64,000 bases of DNA, taken from the NCBI GenBank assembly GCA_951406725.2, contig OX597820.1, positions 64,542,001-64,606,000 of the forward strand. Direction: 5' to 3'. The stretch is from Octopus vulgaris (Eukaryota). Both the position numbers and the translations under genes were made by a program. How positions within the stretch are numbered: position 1 is the first letter of the stretch; the number at the start of each line of letters is the position of its first letter. The notes below the pieces were generated by a model. It worked only from the letters and a program-made list of their open reading frames with translations. It did not search any database and had not been told where the DNA came from. Positions 55,526 through 64,000 of this stretch are shown piece by piece.

Positions 55526-55613
55526 TCGTGGTACACGTGTTTCAAGCTTTATCCGTTATTACATCAGTGTATTATTGATATAAAAGATGGTTTAAAGCTC
55601 TCTTCAGCCGCAA
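55526..55613 (-). ncRNA. Type I hammerhead ribozyme motif in a short insert between (TA)n tracts
   Basis: Minus strand ttgcgg CTGAAGA gagcttta..taaagctt GAAA cacgtg TA ccacga; 8-bp stem II, palindromic stem III. Confidence 0.75.
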
Positions 55614-55617
55614 ACAT

Positions 55618-55660
<43 letters not shown>

Positions 55661-55778
55661 ACACAGTAATATATTCATACATACATAGAAACACAAACAC
55701 ATGCTTACATATATATTATATATAATATGTATACAAAGAGATACTATAAATATTACATATATGTGCAACGGCACATAC

Positions 55779-55826
<48 letters not shown>

Positions 55827-56696
55827 CATATACTTGCATACAAAGAAATATATATACATGCATACATGTATTCAGGTATGAATGCTTGTATATATGTATG
55901 TTGGCATGTTAGTATTTATATGTATGAATGCATGTATGTATGTACGTATACAAATATGCAAATACGTTCTTATGCATGTATATACGTACGTATACAAATA
56001 TGCAAATACGTTCTTATGCATGTATATACGTACGTATGTATGTGTGTATACATCTATATAGTACGTACGTACGTATGACTGTAAGTATGTATGTAAGTAT
56101 ATATGTATAGACACGCTGACACTTACAGACACATGTGCGTGAGTCTGTTGCAGATGTAGGTAGATAAGAACAACTGATTTCAAATCCGAAACCTACCTTT
56201 ATTTTCCCGACAAAAGAAAGAAAAAGAAATCAAGAAAAAGAAATGTTGATCATTACCAATTCAGCTTGGTGGGAAAAGCCTTATACAAACTCATTGACTT
56301 TTACTTAATCAACTGCAACATCGTTGATTAGCACACGGAAAACAACAATTTCCGCAATCACAAAATCATTCACTTGCGCACGCATACAGATTCACATACT
56401 CAGATATTGAGACAAAGATATACTTAGATATCGCGCGCTTTTCATAAATACAATAATAAAACAGGTGTTTCCTTAATGTCCATTCATGCGTGTCCGTTTC
56501 TGGGAAAATTCCTTTATCTAGAGCTACTAAGTGAGTTTCTTAATAAGGCTGATATACAAGCTTTAAAAGAAGTCAGTATTTTTACAAGGCAGATGTTTTG
56601 TATGTAAGTCTGCGTTGGTTTGTTTGCCTATGTCTACATATATTCATGTGCGTATATATGTATAAATAGAGATGTACGTATATAAATACATGGATA

Positions 56697-56738
<42 letters not shown>

Positions 56739-56845
56739 CACGGAGAAGCACACACGCACGCAGACACGGCTATATACACACATAGATACAATCATATAAG
56801 TAGACAAAGATTTGCGGTATATCATTTTCTCATTCTCTCATTCTT

Positions 56846-56895
<50 letters not shown>

Positions 56896-56921
56896 TATCT
56901 ATCTATCTGTCTATCTTCGTT

Positions 56922-56960
<39 letters not shown>

Positions 56961-57069
56961 GTGTGTGTGACCCTTTCTCCGTCTCTATATAAGTATCTAT
57001 CAGTCTACCTATCTATCTACGTTCGTTTATGAATGCCTCTATCTGTCTGTCTGTCTGTCTCCCCCTGTC

Positions 57070-57170
<101 letters not shown>

Positions 57171-58279
57171 TATATATATCTATAAATATATATATATATA
57201 TTTCTATATCTATATATATTTATTTATACATACAGGTAGACACGCATACATACATAATAATACGCGCAGGCAAGCATACACGCATACACATATGCATGTA
57301 TGTTGCACATTGCATGAATATCTATTCAATTGTTGTACGTGTAACCTGTAAGGTAATCATTTATAATTCTGCAAAAACGTATGATATTTTCACGTCTACA
57401 ATATATAATACGTGGAAATCTGGTAAATAAGAAAGGCAGATCTTTTCATAAATGATTCAGTGATGATGAATGGTTGATGAATGAACGATATTCTTTTTTA
57501 GAAAATCCTTTATAAGTCGATGAAGAAAAAAAAACTATTCTAAACAGTTCGCTGTAGAAAATTTCTGAGTTTTATTGGGAATGGAGCTCCCCTAAGGAAT
57601 TCTTCATTTCCTATCCTTGTTCAAAATTATTAAATAGTGAAATAAAATGTCAGAGAATGTTCATAATGAATCGATTATTGCAGAAGGTCGCATGTTCTCT
57701 AATGGACTGATAGAATGTTTGGATTACCACTCTGAGATAGTAAAAGGGGTTTTCTGATTATCGTTTTGTGTGGTATAACTTTTTGTTTTAATGTTATCCG
57801 CAAGGAAAATCTTAGTAAATCAATGCCTTAGAACGAACATGCAGTGGATAGGGGAGATATTTTAGGGGATTTAAATGCAAAAAGAGACGTCTTGGACAAT
57901 ATTTCTGGAAACAAAGTATATATGTATTTATGCTGGCTATGGGGACAGCAAAATATACAAAGGCTATTCTAAAACAACTGATTCAGTGAGGTATATAAAT
58001 GTTAATCTAATAATTTTTAGCATAATACTCGCAAATTTCTAATGTAGTTTTAAAATATATCATCTCCAAGGTTTACGTAATTTTAGGATTAACTCATAGA
58101 ATACAGAGTGGTTAAGAAACTTGCTTTAAAACTACATATTTTCAGGTTAAGTCCCATTGCGTGTAAACTTCAGAGATTTGAATCGACAATAGCTTTGGCA
58201 ATTCATATAAAGAGAAAGCATATTATTCTCTAAAATAATTTAAAAAAAGGAATCATGTATCTCCTTATAGGCATATTTT

Positions 58280-58467
58280 AATTTTACTTTTACTTGTTTC
58301 AATCAGCAAATCGACTCCAGGACTTACTTTTTGGAAGTCTAGTACTTATTCTATCGGTTATTTTGCCGAATCGCTAAGTTACGGGGGACGTAATCACACC
58401 ACCATCGATTGTCAAGCGAAGTTTGTGGGACAAACACTGACACACAGATATATACACATACATACAC

Positions 58468-58544
<77 letters not shown>

Positions 58545-58684
58545 TACGACGGGCTTCTTTCAGTTTCCGTTTACCAAAATTAATAAGGCTTAGGACGGCC
58601 CGAGGCTATAGTAGAAGACACTTGCCCAAGGCGCTATGCAGTGGGAATGAACCCGGAACCGTGCTGTTGGTAAGCAACCTACTT
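58280..58684 (-). mobile_element. SINE family A, split; its 5' end continues at 60904-60937
   Basis: ..ttggtaagcaacctactt | insert | aagcaaccgacttatcacacagccattcctgcgc. Confidence 0.85.
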
Positions 58685-60903
58685 TATTTCAAAACATTTG
58701 CCATAAAGGCAGTACACAGATCAAGTTAGCTTTGCGGGCTGGACGAGGACATTAATGAGGTGAATGATAATGAAAGAAAGATGATAAGGATGGGAGAAGA
58801 CAGAAAGCGCCCGCCGACTTTTGCTTCTCTAAAACATTGTTCTTTTTAAAAGGATAAACACAAAACGAGGTATTAAACCTCTTACAATTTTTCCAATTTT
58901 GGGCTTAGCAGTCCATTATTAATACAAAACGAGGTATTAATCCTCTTACAATTTTCCAATTTTTGGACTTAAGTCCATTACTAATAATACATATCGTCCT
59001 CGAAATAGCTTGTGCCCGCGCCCTCCACCATCAACCACGCCTCCCTCAGAACGTAGTCAAGTTCCGAGTTCGCGTCGCCCGGGACCAAGTTATAATCTTC
59101 ATTGAGCTCCTTTAGCCCTAGCGTCACGTCGAACTCCACGGCCTCCACAGCTACCTGCGGAGGCCATTCGGGGTCCTGTGTGAAGGCTAAAGGTGCTCCC
59201 TTGTAGTGCTCTTCCATCACTTTTTCAATTTCTCCTCCTCTATAGAAGAGGACCAATGCATTCAGTTCTTTCGTTGGCGGCACAGTTTCCGCCAACGGTA
59301 TTCCTTCTCTTGTCGGTGGCACAACCCCAACCGACGTAGTTCCGCGACATTCCGGTGCTACACTGACAGCCGGTAATGTCCCGTTTTTCTTCCTCTTTTT
59401 CTTTTCTTTTCCCTTTTCAACTGAGGGAGGGTGCGTCTCCTCCGTGGCTGGAAGATTCGCCTTCCTCTCCTCATCCCTATTATCCTTTGGTGAGCACCCA
59501 TTGTTGCTCACCTTCCTCTTTCGGCCTCTGTTTGAGGAATCCTCTGCTTTCTCGGCCGTTATCGTTCCCTCTTCTAGAGGGGTTTTACTTAACTGTTCCG
59601 GGATCCTATTTTGTTCCCGAGGACAGTTCTTCTTTATGTGGCCGGACTCCAAGCACCGATGACACTTAGGGGCGCGACCCTCAAGCATCACCGGGTACCT
59701 GCACCCGGCCATTTTCAAAAAATCTGGAAAAACCAGATTGGCTGATTGGGTCCACAGGGTCAAAATTGCTTTCGAGCCAACCCAAGCAGCCGCAGGAAGA
59801 ACTTTTACATTGAGGAGCTTAGTTTCGCTGTCACCCAGACCCCGGCGGATAGTCTCCTGTATTCACTCGGGTTCTATGTCGGGTGGCAGTCCGCAGATCC
59901 AAGCTTTCATCAATTTCTTTTTTTTGTATGTGGGCAGGAATAAGATTTCCTTACCCTCCAAGGGTTCGCTAGCAAATTTGCAAGCCTCTTCAGGGGTGTC
60001 AAATAGCAACCACACCGTTGCATATTTGACACCCCTGGAAATGAATTTAATTGTTGGCAAATACTCCTCCAACTCCTCCTCAATTGCCGTCTTTTCGAAT
60101 AGGGCGATGGTGTCAAGTGCCTTGGAGTAGGTTCTCAACACCACCGTCCTATCTTCACGGTCTTTTAACCACTTTTTGGGTGGTATGATTTCCCACTCCA
60201 AAATTTTGTTATTTTTCATTGCCATGTTTTTTTTTAAATATATTCAAATTAAACTCAAAAGCAGGAAGAAAAAAGTTCAAAAGTCTAAATAAATTTGATA
60301 GGTTTTTGAAGAAACAAAAAGGAGAAAGCACAACAGAAGGGAAGAAATTAACGGAAAGTCGCAATAAAGAAAAAACAAAAGGGGGGGGGGGGCTAAATGA
60401 AGTTCAAAAGAAAGTTAATAAACAGAAAAAACACAGCAAAAATATTCTGGCCTTGCGGTACTCCCGGCCTGGGTTGAACCTGGAACGCCGCAACTGCAAC
60501 ACAACCTCCACAAAAATGGGTCCGAAAGGTAATCCAATAGTGGCTTATTTTTATACTTTTCTTGCGAAGTACTCTGACAAGGGAATAAATTCAGCAAACT
60601 CAAACGCAGCACTGGCTACCGTCAACGGTAATTTTAACAGTAACTGTATTGAATTCCGAGTATACGCCCCTCCACTGTTTTTTCTTTTTTTTTTTTTTTC
60701 AATGAACACAAAAACGGCAGCCGCCTAGCGCAGGCGAAATTGTCTCAGAGTTGGACACAACCTACTGAAATAATAATTGGCACGCAATAAATTATGCCCA
60801 ACTCACAATAAACAAAATCACTTACCTCGACAACTTTCCGTTTTTGGTCTTTTTTCTTTAGTTGGACAGAGCTTGTTACTCACGTCCACTCTAGCTCAAC
60901 AGG
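58685..60903 (-). mobile_element. ORF1-only non-LTR retroelement (HAL1-like), 2.2 kb, 13-bp TSD
   Basis: TSD aagcaacc(t/g)actt at 58672-58684 and 60904-60916; single gag-like ORF; AATAAA at the 3' junction; no ORF2 visible. Confidence 0.75.
58981..60225 (-). pseudogene. LINE ORF1-like nucleic-acid-binding protein (414 codons, CCHC zinc knuckle) with one in-frame TGA
   Basis: ORFs 59863-60225 and 58981-59763 share a frame, joined by a TGA plus 33 open codons; CHRCLESGHIKKNC = CX2CX4HX4C, preceded by RRM-like segments and followed by a charged disordered region. Confidence 0.8.
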
Positions 60904-61696
60904 AAGCAACCGACTTATCACACAGCCATTCCTGCGCATGCATATACCGTTATTGCTTAGGTACTCTGAATTTAAACGTTTATATGTAACAATGGATGAG
61001 GAATATAACTTCGAAAGCTGTCTCGATTTACATATAATTCATAAGTCGGACATATAGGTTGTTAAATTATAATTATACATAATACAGTGTAATTCAGAAT
61101 TCCGGAAACTTGTAAACTATACATAATTCTACATGTGAAGAGTTAGCTGTACATTGGATCTGGTATAAAATAATCATATAAATTCTCTTCAGTAAGCAGA
61201 AAAGTAACTGAGAATAAATATACATTGTACATATAATCATCACACCCTAAATACACTTATTACAGGTTAAATTTCTGGAATGCTGTGCACATTTTCCTGA
61301 TTCCCTTTCTGACTTGTAACTGTCATATTTTAATTAGCCGGGTAATTTTTTTGCCTGATCTTCATAATCTGAGCTTTTACAAATTGGTACTGATATATTT
61401 AGTTACGTATCCAACGGTCTGTTTAATTACAGGTATAAATCTTGAGCGATATTCATGTAGAGTATCTGCAGAATTCTCATTAATTTGGCATACATATTTT
61501 CTTGTTCACTTATCTTTCATATTACGCTAACGTCAGCCGGGCAGTTTTCTTTGATTGTGTATGTATGTATCTACGTACGCATGTGCATGTGCATGTGTGT
61601 ATGTATATATGGAGGTGTGTATGCATCTATGTATGTATGTATGTACGTACGGATGTGTGTATGAGTGTGTATATATATTTGCATGTATGTATGTAG

Positions 61697-61998
61697 TGGA
61701 GGCACATGGCCTAGTGGTTAGAGCTGCGAACTCACGGTCGAGGGATCGTGGGTTCGAATTTCAGACTGAGCGATGTGTGTGTTTATGAGTGAACACCTAA
61801 GCTCTACGCGGCTCCCGCAGAAAGTAATGGCGAATATCTGCTGACTCTTTCGCCACAGCTTTCTCTCACTCTTTCCTCCTGCATCTTGCAGGTCACCTGC
61901 GACGGACCGGCGTCCCGTCCAGGTGGGGAACCTATACGCCAAGAAAACTGGGAAAACGGCCCTTATCAGCCAGGCATTGCTCGAGAAGGAACAAACAA
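61697..61998 (+). mobile_element. tRNA-derived SINE with family C head and V-domain-like 3' part
   Basis: A box TGGCCTAGTGG, B box GGTTCGAATT, acacctaagctc core, cctgcgacggaccggcgtcccgtccagg. Confidence 0.8.
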
Positions 61999-62169
61999 TG
62001 TATGTATGTATATATGTATGTATGTACGTGTGTGTGTGTGATTGTGTATGTATGTATGTATGTATATTTATGTGTATGTATACATTACAAAATTGCTATA
62101 ATGAAGTTTTTTTATATATATATATATTTCACCAAAAATATTCTTGCTGCGAAAACAAGTTCACTAATT

Positions 62170-62600
62170 ATTACAATGTCTCTCTGGCAAAACGTTCGTG
62201 GATATTGAAATTACTGCAATTTCAGACATTGATGATATTCGTCATGATTTGCATAACTTCGCTCGCTGGGTTACCAGGAATAAATTACTTCCGACTTCAT
62301 GTAGAAAACTAAAAGACCTCGTGCGATGTTATACATGGAACTTCATACAACCATGAATTATTCATTCTCCGCAAGATCGTTACTACAGTTCATCAAATAC
62401 CGTCGAACGCATAATGATGGCCTACAATTTCACACGGTATCTTCTCCACAATGCCTAAATCTGTTAGGAACTGGTAAAAACAAAACAAAAAATCTCTCTA
62501 TATTCCTGCCCTAACATGTTATAAAAAAAAAGGTCACTGGATACTGATATAGTGCTAAGGTGGTGAAAAAGTTAAGATGGCAGTTTCATGACGAGTGCAT
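62170..62600 (+). mobile_element. Possible decayed LINE RT fragment
   Basis: IRHDLHNFARWVTRNKL resembles the LQ.DL..L..W...N.L segment following YADD. Confidence 0.3.
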
Positions 62601-64000
62601 TCAGTCAATAGACCGCCCGTTCTGAATTGCAGATCAAGACTATTCTAACACTGTAATAGTTTCGATACACAGGTAATGCCAAAAATATTCTAACACTTTA
62701 ATAGTCTCTATACATAGACAATGTCATGAATGTAGCATGAGATTAGATTTATAATCTACTAAATATTGTTTACTAAATGTATATCCTTGATTTCCAATCC
62801 TGTACAAGGGAACTTCGCCTGTCATCATTCACGGGCCTGATTTCATTTTTTAAGTAGATGCTCAGCGCTTATCATCACGATCCTAAAGACCCATATGATC
62901 TTGTATTTGACTTGTATTTCGAGCCAGATGAGCGATCAATCTTTGGTTATCTCATTCATTTGTCTGCTTTTGGTATTGCCAATTTTTGGCATTGCCATCG
63001 ATGATGTTGTCATTGTTTCTCCTGTTGTCAATGTTCTCTTAAACCGTATCCCATGCTAAAGAAGGACACAGAAGATATTATACTCCTAGATATTCTGCAT
63101 TTCTTCTGTGTTCTCTCTTTAAATGGTGTTTGCACTTTAGAGAAAACGTGTGTGAGAGAGAGAGAGAGAGAGAGAGGCAAAGAGAGATAGAGAGAGAGCG
63201 AGTGAGTTCGTGTATGTGTAAGTGAAGGAGAGTATACACGGGTTGCATAGAACTCTGAACGTAAAGAGACGGAAATGTTGCAGGTGAGATTTTCCAAACA
63301 GTCTAACGATTCGGCTAATCCACGTTGCTCTATAGTCTTCAATATATTGTACCTTAAATAAACAAAGACGAATGATACGGCAAGACTGACCGGGGGCGAT
63401 ATAATGCAGAACAATAGCGACAGTAACATCTAAAGTATATACGACTATTTGCTATAAATAGAAGCTAAATCTCCTTCAAAACATCCACTGCCGTGTTAAT
63501 AGTAGCCTATAATATTTTGAAGGGTTTGAAGTGTTGAATAAAACTGCTCGAATATTCTTGCAATTATGGCACAAGATTAAACCCAGCAGTTTACTGGTAC
63601 TTTATTTTATCTAGTTCAGAAGGACGGCAGGCAAACTTGAACTCGATAATATTTTCTTGAATCGAATGCCCCGAAACGTTCAACACTCACATGATTCTAT
63701 GATCTTATAATAATAGTGATAAGTACAATACTATACATTCTTACTTAAGGCGTAGCCGGTGCAATTGGAACAAATATTTTGGAGGTAATAACTAGAAGGA
63801 TGAAAGCAATGTTGATACATTTATCTAGTTATTGCACGCACTCATAGTATTCATATAAAAATAATTTCTAATATACGTGCAAGGTGAAGAAATTTTGAAA
63901 TAATCTTGCATTACCGACCTATGCATATTTTGAGGAATTCCGGAATGAACAAAGGCAAAACCAACGCAAGAAATATTGGGAAGTCAGATCATAAAGGAGC

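Noticed and set aside
58924-58985. ggac-ttaa-gtcc-aaaa as a hammerhead stem II
   Set aside because: No CUGANGA box, no GAAA, no stem I
59863-59865. In-frame TGA as selenocysteine or programmed read-through
   Set aside because: A TGG-to-TGA point mutation is simpler; no SECIS recognised
61697-61770. tRNA gene
   Set aside because: A/B boxes present but no acceptor stem or terminator; it is a SINE head
62928-63059. 43-codon hydrophobic ORF resembling a signal peptide
   Set aside because: Short, TTG/GTT-biased low complexity, no supporting context

Overview
AT-rich, repeat-dominated eukaryotic DNA with no host protein-coding gene that I can support. The tRNA-derived SINE families and dense (TA)n/(CA)n/(GATA)n microsatellites look like octopus (coleoid cephalopod) intergenic or intronic sequence; this is inferred from recalled repeats, not a search. 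Contents: two Penelope-like retroelements (PLEs; RT + GIY-YIG with a Neptune-type Cys linker), one with a long uninterrupted ORF; decayed RTE, CR1 and R4/Dong LINEs; a DD37D (maT) mariner relic; Helitron ends; an LTR/PBS remnant; and about 20 SINEs. Two things stand out. (1) Several sequence-unrelated short elements sit in (TA)n tracts and carry type-I hammerhead ribozyme motifs with palindromic stem III. Several are near-perfect fold-backs encoding the ribozyme on both strands (16.7-17.0 kb, 28.4-29.0 kb, 11.1-12.9 kb). (2) A 2.2 kb TSD-flanked, ORF1-only (zinc-knuckle, no RT) retroelement is inserted in the tRNA head of a SINE (58.7-60.9 kb). All alignments were done by eye, and boundaries of decayed elements are approximate.
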